The notes under the pieces: model-generated
Told to the model about the DNA's origin: nothing
Seen by the model: only the letters and a program-made list of their open reading frames with translations
The model's database searches: none
Assembly (NCBI GenBank): GCA_963771175.1
Contig: CAVYSY010000001.1
Location: 192,001-256,000 of the forward strand
DNA length: 64,000 bases
Origin: an uncultured delta proteobacterium
GTDB lineage: Bacteria > Myxococcota > Myxococcia > Myxococcales > Myxococcaceae
Direction: 5' to 3'
Position numbers and translations under genes: made by a program
Shown here: positions 45,461 to 57,713 of the stretch, piece after piece
Numbering within the stretch: position 1 is the stretch's first letter
How the letters are laid out: each line of letters begins with the position of its first letter

Positions 45461-47356
45461 TCACCCGGCGAGCGCGAGCTCGATGCGGCCGAGGTTCTCG
45501 TCGGTGGAGGCCACGCGCACCCGCAGCGGCATGCCGATGGTGAAGGTGCGCGCCCGGCCCACGAGGGACGTCTCCCTCGGGTCGGGCTGGTAGGGCCCGT
45601 CCGGCAGCGTGTCCGCCGGGAGGTAGCCCTCCACCAGCATGCCGTCGAGCTGGACGAGCACGCCGAAGGGCTTCACCCGGGTGATGCGCCCCGTGAACTC
45701 CGCACCCACGTGTGCGGCCATCACCCGTGCCTCCAGCACGCGGTGGCGATCCTTCTCGGCGCGGTGGGCGGTGCGGGAGCGCTCGTTGACGTGGACCGCG
45801 AGCTCCTCGACGGCGGGGTCCTCATGGACGAAGTCGCGCCGGCCCCGCAGGTACTGCTTGAGGGCGCGGTGGACGGAGAGGTCCGCGTACCGCCGGATGG
45901 GGGAGGTGAAGTGGACGTAGGCTCGCGCCGCGAGGCCGAAGTGCATGGCCGGCACCACGGTGTAGCGCGAGGGGCCCAGCGAGCGTCGCAGCACCGAGCG
46001 CAGCGCGGGCTCGGAGGTGCAGCCGGCGATCTGCCGGTCGAACGCGGCGAGCGCGAGCGGGGTGAGCCTGCGGCCGAAGCCCGCGGCGAAGCCCGAGTGG
46101 TGCGCGAAGGCGGCCAGGTCGGCCACGCGCTGGGGATCCGGCTCGTCCTGGACGCGGAAGAGGGCGGGGACACCCCGATCGAGGAGCCATCCCGCGAGGG
46201 CCTCGTTGGCGGCCACCATGAAGCGCTCGATGAGGGCGTGCGCCGTGGTGGGCCGCACGGCCTCGATGCCGGAGACCTCTCCCGTCTCCTCGTCGAAGGT
46301 GAAGCGGGCCTCCTCGCGCGCCATCTCGATGCCACCGCGCCCGGCCCTCGCCACCGCCAGCCGGGCCGCCGCCGCGCGGAACCACGGCAGGGCTTCGCGC
46401 ACTGTCGCCATCGGCTCGGACACCTCGCCCTTGTCGAGGTAGTCCGCCACCTCGGTGTAGCTCAGCTTCGCCCACGAGCGGATGAGGCTCTCGTACACGT
46501 CCATCGCGGTGACGTGCCCCTCCGGGTCGATGCGCAGCTCCACCGTGAGGCACAGCCGCTCCTCGCCGGGCACCAGGCTGAGCCAGTTCGTGGAGAGCTC
46601 CTCCGGGAGCATCGGCAGCATGGCTCCGGCGAGGTACACACTGCTCGTCCGCTCGCGCGCCACACGGTCCAGCGCCGAGCCCTCGGGGACGAACTCCGCC
46701 GCATCGGCGATGGAGATGAACACGCGCAGCGCACCGTCCGCCCCCGCGGGCAGTACGGAGACGGCGTCGTCGATGACGCGCGTCGAGGCAGAGTCCACGG
46801 TAACGGTGGGCACCTGGCGCAGGTCTCGCCGCGCCCCGAGCGCGTGGGGAATGGCGAGCACGCGCCGCACCTCGGCCAGGGCCTCCGGGTCGAAGTCCCG
46901 GCGCAGCCCGTGACGCACGATGATGCGCTCCAGCGAGCGGTCCGCGCCCGGCTCGAGCTTGCGCAGGAGCCACGCCTTGCCGTCGGCGACGCGGGCCACC
47001 ACCGCGTCACCCTGCTGCACGTCGACACCGGCCGTCTCCAGCGGCCAGTCGCCATTGCCCAGTTCGCGATCGATGCGCAGGTGCGGGGCTCCCTTGCGCG
47101 TCACCAGTTCGCCGTAGACCTCCTGGCGCGGACGCTTCAGGAGGGACAGCCCGCTCGCGCTCCAGCGTCCGTCAGCCGAGGCCGTCACGGTCGCGGAGAC
47201 GACGTCATCGGCGAGGTAGGGGTTGAGCTCGGGCGGAGGGATGAACGCGGAGAGCACCTCGTCGGAGCCGGACGGGTGCACGATGAGGAAGCCGTAGCCG
47301 CGAGGGTGGACGTCGATGCGGCCGGTGACGGTGCGCGAAGGGGCGGGCGTTTCCAT
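45461..47356 (-). CDS. RNB-domain exoribonuclease (RNase II/R family paralogue)
   Basis: Cold-shock GYGF, TVDSASTRVIDDA, HFTSPIRRYADL, C-terminal S1 domain. Confidence 0.9.
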   Translation of the reverse strand: METPAPSRTVTGRIDVHPRGYGFLIVHPSGSDEVLSAFIPPPELNPYLADDVVSATVTASADGRWSASGLSLLKRPRQEVYGELVTRKGAPHLRIDRELGNGDWPLETAGVDVQQGDAVVARVADGKAWLLRKLEPGADRSLERIIVRHGLRRDFDPEALAEVRRVLAIPHALGARRDLRQVPTVTVDSASTRVIDDAVSVLPAGADGALRVFISIADAAEFVPEGSALDRVARERTSSVYLAGAMLPMLPEELSTNWLSLVPGEERLCLTVELRIDPEGHVTAMDVYESLIRSWAKLSYTEVADYLDKGEVSEPMATVREALPWFRAAAARLAVARAGRGGIEMAREEARFTFDEETGEVSGIEAVRPTTAHALIERFMVAANEALAGWLLDRGVPALFRVQDEPDPQRVADLAAFAHHSGFAAGFGRRLTPLALAAFDRQIAGCTSEPALRSVLRRSLGPSRYTVVPAMHFGLAARAYVHFTSPIRRYADLSVHRALKQYLRGRRDFVHEDPAVEELAVHVNERSRTAHRAEKDRHRVLEARVMAAHVGAEFTGRITRVKPFGVLVQLDGMLVEGYLPADTLPDGPYQPDPRETSLVGRARTFTIGMPLRVRVASTDENLGRIELALAG

Positions 47357-47419
47357 GGGGCGCAGACATGCTACCGCCTGACCTCGCGGCGCCGCCGGGC
47401 AATGTGACGCCGATGGCTT

Positions 47420-48166
47420 TCAGGGGATGCGGTAGGGGACGAGCTCCTTCCCCTGGCGCCGCAAGGTCCTCGGAAGGGTGGAGCGGACCTGGGCGGGGGC
47501 TCCCTGCTCCTGTCGCTCCACCCGGATGGCCTCATCCTCATGGATGACCGCCCACCGTGTACCGGTGGAGTCTCGGACCTCGAATGCGTTCTCCGCGGGC
47601 TGCTCGGGTGGGCGTTCCTGGGGTGCCTCCTTGGGGGGGCTCCAGGTCCGGCCTCCGTTTCGAGTGACGAGCGCGCGGGGACGGGACTTCTCCTCGTTCG
47701 CGTCCACCAGCCACACCGTGCCGTTCTGGCCGTCCTTCCAGACGATGTATTCCGGCCACTCGGACCAGACGGCCTTGGGCAAGGTGCTCCGGCGCTTCCA
47801 CGAGGCTCCACAGTCCGAACTCGCGTAGAGCGAGAGCTCTCCCGGTCCTTCCGTACTCCAGCCCACCAGGGCGCGCCCCTCGCAGCCCAGGAAGTCGAGG
47901 AACAGCACCTCGCTGTCGCTCACTCGCGGGAGCACCTCGGTCCAGTGGGCCCCGCCGTCGGTGCTGCGCAGCAGCAGGGCTCGCACCGGACGGGCCGAGG
48001 TGGAGAGTGCGCCGTACAGGTAGATGCCGGCCTCCGCACGGGTGGGGACCGAGAGCCCGGAGACTCGCAGGGTGGCGATGTCATCGGGCTCGATGTCCCC
48101 CGCGCGCAGCTTCACGGGCAACTCGGGGGAGGAGGCGAGCAGCGCGCAGAGGAACAGCGGGAGCAT
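47420..48166 (-). CDS. Exported BNR/Asp-box repeat protein
   Basis: STDGGAHW, SSDCGASW and TRNGGRTW Asp-boxes; hydrophobic N-terminus. Confidence 0.7.
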   Translation of the reverse strand: MLPLFLCALLASSPELPVKLRAGDIEPDDIATLRVSGLSVPTRAEAGIYLYGALSTSARPVRALLLRSTDGGAHWTEVLPRVSDSEVLFLDFLGCEGRALVGWSTEGPGELSLYASSDCGASWKRRSTLPKAVWSEWPEYIVWKDGQNGTVWLVDANEEKSRPRALVTRNGGRTWSPPKEAPQERPPEQPAENAFEVRDSTGTRWAVIHEDEAIRVERQEQGAPAQVRSTLPRTLRRQGKELVPYRIP

Positions 48167-48190
48167 CGGGGGGTCCTCGAGTGGGGAAGA

Positions 48191-48223
48191 CCCTCAGCCT
48201 ATCCCCATCCCATGGGAGAGGGG
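48191..48223. repeat. REP-like intergenic element (degenerate copy)
   Basis: CCCTCAGCC..TCCCATGGGAGAGGG, related to the copy at 57662. Confidence 0.5.
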
Positions 48224-48233
48224 ACACCCACGT

Positions 48234-49043
48234 TCACGGCTTCGAGCTGCCCCGTTCGAACAGCGACACCAGATCCGCCTGCACGCCCACGAGCGCGAAG
48301 CCGAAGTTGCCCCAGTTGTAGATGTCCCGGCTCTTCACGTCCGCGCCACCCCCGAGCAGCCGCAGCCGCGCGTACGCGCTCACGTCTCCCTTCGAGTTCA
48401 GCGGAACGCCCAGCGTCAGTGCCACGTCGTAGATGCCGCCCGACGTGTTGCCGAGCAGCCCGAAGGTGGACAGCGCGTCGGCTTCGAGCCCCGCCCACAC
48501 GCGCGAGGGCAGCTCGTAGCGCAGCCGCGTCTTCAGCGCCCCCACCACGCCGATGTCGCTCTCCTTCGCGTAGCGCGAACCGTCCACCGCGCTCAGGTCC
48601 ACCAGCGCGTTGCGGATCTGCACGCTCGCGCCGATATCCCAGGTGAAGCGCTCGCCGTCGATGAGCCGGTAGAGGTAGCTGGCCCGGTAGCCCTCGAACA
48701 GATAGCGGCTGTCCACCACCGTGCCCGTCGGGAACACCGTCCCCCGGAAGTCGATGTCCTTCGACAGCGTCGCGCGCGTGGTGATGTCGAAGGGGGCCCA
48801 CAGCAGGATGATGCCGTGGCGCTCTCCCAGCCGCGCCTCGAGCGCGATGCGCTGGGTCCGGTACAGGTTGCTCTTCTGGTTGAGGTCGTCGGCCTCGAAG
48901 TCCGTGCCGGTCGGGCCGTAGCGCCCGTCGTTCTGGAAGATGTAGCCAGGGCCCGTCTCATACTCGGCGACGAGCGCGGACAGAGGGCTTTCGGCCAGGG
49001 CCGGAGTGGCCACCAGGGTCAGTGCGAGCAGAGGGATTTTCAC
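48234..49043 (-). CDS. Hypothetical outer-membrane beta-barrel protein
   Basis: Signal peptide from the GTG at 49043; aromatic/Gly-rich beta-strand pattern. Confidence 0.6.
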   Translation of the reverse strand: MKIPLLALTLVATPALAESPLSALVAEYETGPGYIFQNDGRYGPTGTDFEADDLNQKSNLYRTQRIALEARLGERHGIILLWAPFDITTRATLSKDIDFRGTVFPTGTVVDSRYLFEGYRASYLYRLIDGERFTWDIGASVQIRNALVDLSAVDGSRYAKESDIGVVGALKTRLRYELPSRVWAGLEADALSTFGLLGNTSGGIYDVALTLGVPLNSKGDVSAYARLRLLGGGADVKSRDIYNWGNFGFALVGVQADLVSLFERGSSKP

Positions 49044-49052
49044 GGCCCCGCT

Positions 49053-49072
49053 TGGATGCGGATCCGCATCCA
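49053..49072. promoter_or_regulatory. Perfect 20-bp palindrome
   Basis: TGGATGCGGA|TCCGCATCCA, 10 bp upstream of the GTG at 49043. Confidence 0.5.
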
Positions 49073-49102
49073 GCGTTGCGCGAAAATCCCCGGGTCTTCC
49101 GC

Positions 49103-50254
49103 TCACCGCGTTCCGCGGGGTTCCATCTCACTCAGCGTGAGCTTGCCCTTCTCGGGGAACACGCTCAGTGCTTCCACGGTGAGCAGCGGCACCGGAAGCG
49201 AGCAGGCCTCCCACTGTCCGGTGCCACGGAAGCGGCAGGCCACCGGGAGGACGAAGCTCGTCTGCGAGTCTGGATCGCTCATGCCCAGATCTCCCTCGGT
49301 GCGGACGACGGCTCTCACGGTGCCCGGCCCGCTGGCACGTACGCGCAGCGCCGAGAGCGCTGTCACCGGCGGCTCGAACACCGCGCTCAGTGCTCCGTCC
49401 TTGTCCCAGCGGGGCGCCTGGGGGGTCGCCGTGAGCTCCACACCCGTGGTCTCCTGGCCGTCGAAGGCTTTCTCTCCGCCCTGGGCGCCCACGAGCCGGC
49501 TCGGCTTCAGCACGGCGCTCTCACCGGCCGGCTTCGCCTGGACGAGCTGGGCCAGCGCGGGCACGCCGCCCTGCACCACGGCCGCGTTGAGCACGTTCGC
49601 GGGGAGTTGTCCCGCGCGTGCACACGCGGGAGCGAGCTGTCCGAGTACCGCCTTCTGCACGTCCGTCAGCGTGTCGTTGGGGATCGCCGCTGGCGCCAGC
49701 AACGAGCGCACCACCTCGGCGCAGGCGATGGGGGTTCCCGGCCCGGCGTGCTCCAGGTTCCACTGCAGGGCGGCGGGGTCGGCCGATCTCCCCACGGCGA
49801 GCCCCATTACCGCGCGTGTGACCTGGCCGGCACACGGGTTGGTCGCGGCCGGACAGCGTTGGCACAGTGCGTCTAGAAGCTCCCGCAGGGGGGACGTCCC
49901 CCCATCGACGCCAGTGCGGGCCTCCAGGGCCGCGCCCAGCTCACAGGCGCGCGCTGGAAGCTCGGGGCAGGTGTCGAGCTGTTGCCGGGCCCTCGTGAAG
50001 GCGGCCGGGTCGGTGGGGGCTCGGATTGCGGCCTCCAGGGTGCGATCCAGGGTACGGCAGGCCTGCTCGCCCGTGGGGGAGCCGGGCTCCGGGCTCCGAG
50101 GGGTCACGTCGATGACCCGCTCGTCCGGCTTCGCCGGGGCAGGGGCGGAGCTCTCGGCCTGACGCCTGGTCGTATGGGTGATGTAGTACAGGCGCAGGAA
50201 GGCCAGCAGCGCCAGCGTCATCAGCAACAGAGTTCGGAGCGGAAATCGGCGCAC
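49103..50254 (-). CDS. Hypothetical membrane-anchored Cys-containing protein
   Basis: MRRFPLRTLLLMTLALLAFLRLY anchor, paired cysteines, beta-rich C-terminus. Confidence 0.65.
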   Translation of the reverse strand: MRRFPLRTLLLMTLALLAFLRLYYITHTTRRQAESSAPAPAKPDERVIDVTPRSPEPGSPTGEQACRTLDRTLEAAIRAPTDPAAFTRARQQLDTCPELPARACELGAALEARTGVDGGTSPLRELLDALCQRCPAATNPCAGQVTRAVMGLAVGRSADPAALQWNLEHAGPGTPIACAEVVRSLLAPAAIPNDTLTDVQKAVLGQLAPACARAGQLPANVLNAAVVQGGVPALAQLVQAKPAGESAVLKPSRLVGAQGGEKAFDGQETTGVELTATPQAPRWDKDGALSAVFEPPVTALSALRVRASGPGTVRAVVRTEGDLGMSDPDSQTSFVLPVACRFRGTGQWEACSLPVPLLTVEALSVFPEKGKLTLSEMEPRGTR

Positions 50255-50330
50255 GGTGCAAACTCCTTGATTCCAGCCGGGATGGGTGGTTATCAGCGCC
50301 GCGCGAGTACATCCACCCACGGAGGCGTTC

Positions 50331-51734
50331 GTGGCTGAGACTTTCGACGTGGTGATCATCGGTTCGGGCCCCGGCGGGTACGTGGCGCCATCCGCGCCGG
50401 GCAGCTCGGTCTGAAGACGGCCATCGTCGAGCGCGACAAGCGCCTGGGCGGCACCTGCCTCCACCGCGGCTGCATCCCCACCAAGTCGCTGCTGTGGACC
50501 GCCGCGCTGCTCCACCACATGCAGGAGGCCGCGGACTTCGGCGTCGAGGTCCCCAGCCCGATGGTGAACTGGGCCAACGCGGTCCAGGAGCACAAGGACA
50601 AGGTGGTCACCAAGGGTGCCAACGGCATCGACTACCTGATGAAGAAGAACAAGGTGACCGTGGTCAAGGGCCACGGCCGCATCGCCGGCAAGGGCAAGGT
50701 CGAGGTCACCGCCGAGGGCGGGGCAAGCAGACGCTGGACACCAAGAACATCATCATCGCCACCGGCTCGGTGCCCAAGTCGCTGCCCAACGTCGCAGGTC
50801 GACCACAAGCGGTCCTCAACAGCGACTCGATCCTGGAGATCCATCGACCGCATCCCCAAGAGCATCATCGTGCTCGGCGCGGGCGCGGTGGGCTGCGAGT
50901 TCGCTTCCGTCTTCAACCACGTGGGCAGCAAGGTCGTCCATCGTGGAGTACATGCCCAACCTGCTGCCCATCGAGGACATCGACTGCTCGAAGGAGCTGG
51001 AGAAGCACTTCAAGAAGCGGAAGATCGACGTGCACCTCGGCGCCAAGGTGGAGAAGGTCGAGAACACCGACACGGGCGTGAAGCTGACCATGACCGTGGG
51101 CAGCGAGACCCGCACGATCGAGGCGGAGATCGTCCTGTCGGCGGTGGGCCGCGCGCCCGTCACCGAGGACATCGGGCTGGAGCTGACGAACATCAAGCCC
51201 GATCGCGGCTTCATCAAGACGGACAGCATGATGCGCACCACCGAGCCGAACGTGTACGCGATCGGCGACGTGATCCCCACGCCGATGCTCGCCCACGTGG
51301 CCAGCGCCGAGGGCGTGCTCGCCGTCGAGCACATCGCGGGCAAGAACCCGGCGCCCATCAACTACGACCTCACGCCGTCCGCCACCTACTGCTACCCCGA
51401 GGTGGCCTCGGTGGGCCTCACCGAGAAGAAGGCCAAGGAGCGCGGCTACGACGTGAAGGCCGCCATCTTCCCGTTCACCGCCGTCACCAAGGCCTCCATC
51501 TCCAACGAGGGCTTCGGAATGATCAAGGTCGTCTCCGACAAGAAGTACGACGAGGTGCTCGGCGTCCACCTCGTGGGCCCGCACGCCACCGAGCTGCTCG
51601 CCGAGGCCTGCGTCGCCATGCGGCTGGAGATCACCACCGAGGAGCTCGCCCACACGATGCACGCGCACCCGACGCTCTCCGAGATCATCAAGGAGGGCGC
51701 CGAGGCCACCCTGGGTCACCCGATCCACATCTGA
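50331..51734 (+). CDS. lpdA: Dihydrolipoyl dehydrogenase (frameshifted)
   Basis: GSGPGGY, GGTCLHRGCIPTK, GAGAVG, HPTLSE. Confidence 0.93.
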
Positions 51735-51762
51735 GTCGCGACCGGGACTCCGGTTGCTTCAG

Positions 51763-52556
51763 TCAGGCCGTTCGAGACTCTTCTGTCTCGGACGGCCTTC
51801 GCATTTCGGGCGGTGGGTGCACCGGCACGTGGCCCAGCAGCTCCGCCAGGTCGAAGGCGTCCAGCAGCGCGTGCCCGTGCAGGTCGTTGTTGAAGTAGAC
51901 CCAGGCCGTGCGGCCCTTGCGTCTCCACCTGTCCAGGTCGCGCGCCACCGGCCACAGCGCCTCGCGGCCGTAGCGCCCGGCGTAGCGCGAGCGTCGCCCC
52001 GTGGAAGCGCAGGTAGCGGAAGCCTCCCGTGAGACGCGGTGGAGGTACCGGCACGAGGTCGTGCTCGCACACGGCCACGCCCGTGGCGGTCGAGCACCTC
52101 GCAGCACCTCCTCGTGGTACCAGGCCGCGTCGCGGAACTCGAAGACGGCCTGGACGCCTCGGGGCAGGGCGGCGAGGAAGCGATCCACCCGCTCGGGGTC
52201 CGGCTTCTTCATGTGCGGCGGCAGTTGCCACAGCACCGGACCCAGCTTCGGGCCCAGGCGGAGGATGACGCTGAAGAAGCGCTCCAGGCCCTCGCCCACG
52301 TCCGTCAGCCGCTTCATGTGCGTGAGGTAGCGGCTGCCCTTGCACGCGAACCGGAAGCCGCGCGGGCATCTGCTCGCCTCCAGCCGTCCACCGCGTCCGC
52401 CGTGGGCAGCCGGTAGAAGGGCGCGTTCAGCTCCACCGTGGCGAAGACGCGGGCGTAGTAGGGGAGCCAGCGGCTGGCTGGCAGCTTGGGCGGGTAGAAG
52501 TGTCCTCGCCAGTGCTGGTAGACGTAGCCGCTCGTCCCCAGGTGGATGGCCCTCAT
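51763..52556 (-). CDS. DUF72 family protein (frameshifted)
   Basis: GTSGYVY..W..FYP, VELNAPFY, LWQLPP, EFR, YLRFHG, YFNND. Confidence 0.88.
51765..51798. terminator. Hairpin at the convergent lpdA/DUF72 junction
   Basis: AGGCCGTTCGAGAC...GTCTCGGACGGCCT. Confidence 0.5.
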
Positions 52557-52779
52557 GCGCTCAAGCATGCGCACTCCGGCCGCTCCTGGTGGCCGGCTCA
52601 TCCCTTGCCCAAGCTGTGCTTAAAGGGCACTCGGAAGGGGTCCTGCTTCCCGGCGTACCCGGATGATGCCGCACTCCGTGTCGGCGTTAGATCGGGTGAG
52701 GCGATCCGAGCTGACGCCTCGCGTCAGGGCTTCTCCCTTGACCCCTGCTTTCACCCCACCCGTAGAAGGCCCGCGACCC

Positions 52780-53722
52780 ATGGCAACTCCCGATCGCTTC
52801 CCGCTCCCGCAGGTCACCGACACCACCCGCAAGCCCGAGTGGCTGAAGGTGCGCCTGCCGCACGGGGAGGGCTACGAGCGGGTGAAGGCCATCGTGAAGC
52901 CGCACCAAGCTCGCCACGGTGTGCGAGGAGGCCCGCTGCCCCAACATCGCCGAGTGCTGGGGCGGTGGCACCGCCACGGTGATGCTGATGGGCGAGGTGT
53001 GCACCCGCGCGTGCCGCTTCTGCCACGTGAAGGTGGGCGCGCCCCCGCCGCTGGATCCGATGGAGCCCATCCACCTCGCCCAGGCGGTGAAGGAGCTGGA
53101 CCTCGAGTACATCGTGGTCACCTCGCGTGAACCGCGACGATCGGCCGGACGGCGGCGCCAGCCACTTCGCGCGCGGCCATCCGCGAGCTGCGCCGCCAGA
53201 GCGCCCAAGACGATGGTCGAGGTGCTCATCCCCGACTTCAAGGGCGTGGAGAAGGACCTGGCCACGGTGGCCGACGCCGGCCCGCACGTGGTGGCCCACA
53301 ACGTCGAGACCGTGGAGCGCCTCACCCCCACCGTGCGCGATCGCCGCGCCACCTACCGCCAGTCGCTGCGGGTGCTGGAGTACCTGAAGAAGCGCCCCGA
53401 GGGGCTCTACACCAAGAGCTCGGTCATGGTGGGCCTGGGCGAGACGGACGAGGAGCTGGAGCAGACCTTCCGGGATCTGCGCGAGGTGGGCGTGGACGTG
53501 CTCACCCTGGGCCAGTACCTGCAGCCCAGCCAGTACCACCTCCGGGTGCAGCGCTTCGTCACGCCCGCAGCAGTTCGAGGACTACAAGCAGCTGGCCGAG
53601 TCCTACGGCTTCCTGTACGTGGCCAGCGGGCCGCTGGTGCGCTCCAGCTACCGCGCGGCCGAGTTCTTCATGAAGGGCCTCATGGACGCGCGAGCGCCTG
53701 GGTCCGGCAGCGCACGGCCTGA
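52780..53722 (+). CDS. lipA: Lipoyl synthase (frameshifted)
   Basis: [37 protein letters not shown]. Confidence 0.94.
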
Positions 53723-53772
53723 CGCGCTTCTCAACCCTCAGCACTTCCGACGGAAGACGGACCCGACCGCGA

Positions 53773-55052
53773 ATGGCGACCTTTGAATTCAAGCTGCCCG
53801 ACCTCGGCGAAGGCGTGGTCGAGGGCGAGATCGTCAAGTGGCTGGTCAAGGCCGGCGACACCGTCGAAGGAGGACCAGGTCGCTCGTGCGAGGTGATGAC
53901 CGACAAGGCCACCGTCACCGTCCCCGCCCCACGGCGGGCAAGGTGCGTGCAGGCGCACGGCAAGGAAGGCGACATGGCCAAGGTCCACCAGCTCGCTGCG
54001 TGACGCTCGAGATCGAGGGCGCCGCGCCGGTCCAGGCCTCGGGTCAGGCGCGCCCGCCGCCGCCGCGCTGCCGCGGCCGCGCCGGCCACGTCCGCCGCAG
54101 GGCGACGGCGCGCAGGCTCGCGACACCAAGGTGCTCGCCACGCCGGTCACCCGCCGCATGGCGCGTGAGCACGGGCTCAACCTCGCGGAGATCTCCGGCA
54201 TCGGGTCCCCAGGGCCGCGTGACCAAGGCGGACGTGAGGCGGCCCTCGCGGGCGCCAGCGCCGCCCCGCGCAACCGAGGTGGCCGCCTCGCCGCTGCGCA
54301 GGCCCGCCCGGCCGCGCCCTCGGGCTACCGGGCCGGGCGACGAGCGCATCCCGCTGCGCGGGCCTGCGCAAGAAGATCGCCGAGAAGATGGTGCGCTCGA
54401 AGTACACCGATGCCGCACTTCGGCTTCGTCGAGGAGGTGGACTGCCACCGAGCTGGTCGCGCTCCGCAAGCGCCTCAACGACGAGCCTGGCCGCCTCGGG
54501 CGAGAAGACGAAGCTGTCGCTTCCTGCCCTTCATCATCAAGGCCGTGATCGCGGCGATGAGGAAGTTCCCGCACCTCAACGCGAACTTCGACGAGGCGGC
54601 GCAGGAGCTCGTCGTCCGCGGCGAGTTCAACATCGGCATCGCGGTGGCCACCGACGACGGCCTCACCGTCCCGGTGATCAAGAACGCGGATCGGCTCACC
54701 CTGCGGGAGCTGGCGGACGAGGTCGTCCGTCTCGCGCAACGCGGCGCGCGACCGCAAGCTGAAGATGGAGGAGCTGACGGGCGGCACCTTCACCATCACC
54801 TCGCTCGGCCAGACCGGCGGCATCTTCGCCACGCCCATCATCAACCACCCCGAGGTGGCGATCCTCGGCATCCACCGCATGCGCAAGCGCCCCGTGGTGG
54901 ACAAGGACGACGAGATCGTGGTGCGCGAGATGATGAACGTCTCCATCTCGGCCGATCACCGCGTCATCGACGGCCAGGTCGCCGCGGACTTCGTGTACGA
55001 GGTCATCAAGTACCTGGAGCATCCGGAGATGCTGTTCCTCGAGATGGCCTGA
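53773..55052 (+). CDS. 2-oxoacid dehydrogenase E2 dihydrolipoamide acyltransferase (frameshifted)
   Basis: Lipoyl domain TDKA, E3-binding [15 protein letters not shown], catalytic DHRVIDG. Confidence 0.92.
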
Positions 55053-55137
55053 CGGCCGGCCACCTGCCGGGGGCGCGTGCCTCGCCGGGAGCGCTCGCGC
55101 ACCGCGCTCCCGGCCTTCGAGGAGGTTACGCTGCCCC

Positions 55138-56555
55138 ATGGCCGAGAACGTTCGCGACGTCATCCGCGCCGCCCAGGCCGCGGAGCTCGGGGGAGACAAG
55201 CCCCGGGCGATCGAGCTGCTGCGCCGCGCCGCCACCATGTACCGGCGCGCGGGCAGCTTCACCCGTGCCGAGCAACTCCTGCGCTATGCCCTCCGGTTGG
55301 ATTCCTCGCTCACCGACGAGCTGGAGGAGGAGATCCGCCGTCTGTCGGAGGTGACGCAGGCCACCTCGGACGTCCAGGCGTGGGCCGGGGAGGAGTCGTC
55401 GCCGGATACGTCCGCGCCCGCCCCCGATGAGGACCCCGAGAGTGGGGTGTGGGTGCATCGAGGAAGACCCCTCGTCCGGCGCCCTCCAGAGGGCCCTGCG
55501 CGAGGCCGAGCTGGCCGTGGGCCTGCGCACCGACCCCGTGACCGTCGCCGTGGAGGCCGTGCGCACCACCGTGCTCAGCATGGAGGTGTCGGCGGTCGCG
55601 GCTCGGATGGAGGAGCCCCCACCTGTGGAGGAGCCCCCGCCTGATCCGGTCCCGGAGGCGGAGGGGGCCTTCATCGAGCGGGGGCCGACGCGGGCCGATC
55701 CCTCGCTCGATGCGTGGTGCTCCTTCTGCTGCCGGCCTCGCTCCGAGGTGGGGCCGCTCGTCGCCGGTCCCGCCGGTGCGTTCATCTGCTCGGCCTGCAC
55801 CGGTGAGTCGAGCACGCTGCTCGGCGGTGTGGCTCCAAGTGCTCCCGCGCGCAACCGGGCCGCGGCCCGGGGGCCCGTCACCTTCGAGCTGGTGGGCCAG
55901 GAGGCGGCCCGTGAGCAGCTCGAGCGCGCATGGGAGGCGCGGCGTGCGCCATGTGCTGGTGCTCGGACCCGAGGGCTCCGGCAAGAGCACCTGGATGCGG
56001 GCGCTCGCGGAGCAGGGGAGGGGCGTGCTCGGCCTCCCCGAGGCCCTGGACCGCGCTCCCCTGGAGGCCGCGCTCCTCGTGGAGGACGTGGACCGGCTCC
56101 CGCCCGCCGAGCAGGCCTCGCGCTGGGCGCCTTCCTGGCCCGTCATCCCGAGCGCACCGTGCTGATGACGGCTCGGGGCACTCCGGCGGCTCCGGGAGTG
56201 GTGCTCCTGTCGGACTCCGGCCGTCTGCCCATGCTCACCACCGCCGCGCTCTCCGAGGCCGTACAGGGGCGCGCTGCCCGTCGCGCTGCTGGAGCGGGTG
56301 CAGCTCCTCGTTCCGCTCGAGCGGCCGAGCATCGAGGCACCTGGTGGAGATCGCCCGGCGCGGGCTCGCCTCACGCGAGGATTGTCACCTCTCCGACGAG
56401 GTGCTCGTCGCCCTCGCCACCGAGGCGGCCCGTTCGCCCCGGGCCGGACACGAGCTGCGGGCCCTCCTGGCCCGCGTGCCTCCGGGCACGTGGCGTCTGG
56501 AGGTCAAGAAGGGGAAGGCGAAGCCGGCCCGTCGCGGTCGGCGAAAGGGGAAGTC

Positions 56556-56559
<4 letters not shown>
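55138..56559 (+). CDS. TPR-like + ClpX-type C4 zinc finger + degenerate AAA+ protein (frameshifted)
   Basis: CSFC..LVAGP..FICSAC, Walker A GPEGSGKST, LLVED, basic C-terminal tail. Confidence 0.7.
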
Positions 56560-57649
<1,090 letters not shown>

Positions 57650-57661
57650 TCGCGGGGGCGA

Positions 57662-57707
57662 CCCCCACCCGCATTCCCTCTCCCATCGGGAGAGGGCGGA
57701 GTGGGGG
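57662..57707. repeat. REP-like palindromic intergenic element
   Basis: Inner stem CCCTCTCCC-ATC-GGGAGAGGG with outer CCCCCAC..GTGGGGG arms, between convergent genes. Confidence 0.6.
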
Positions 57708-57713
57708 AGGGGA

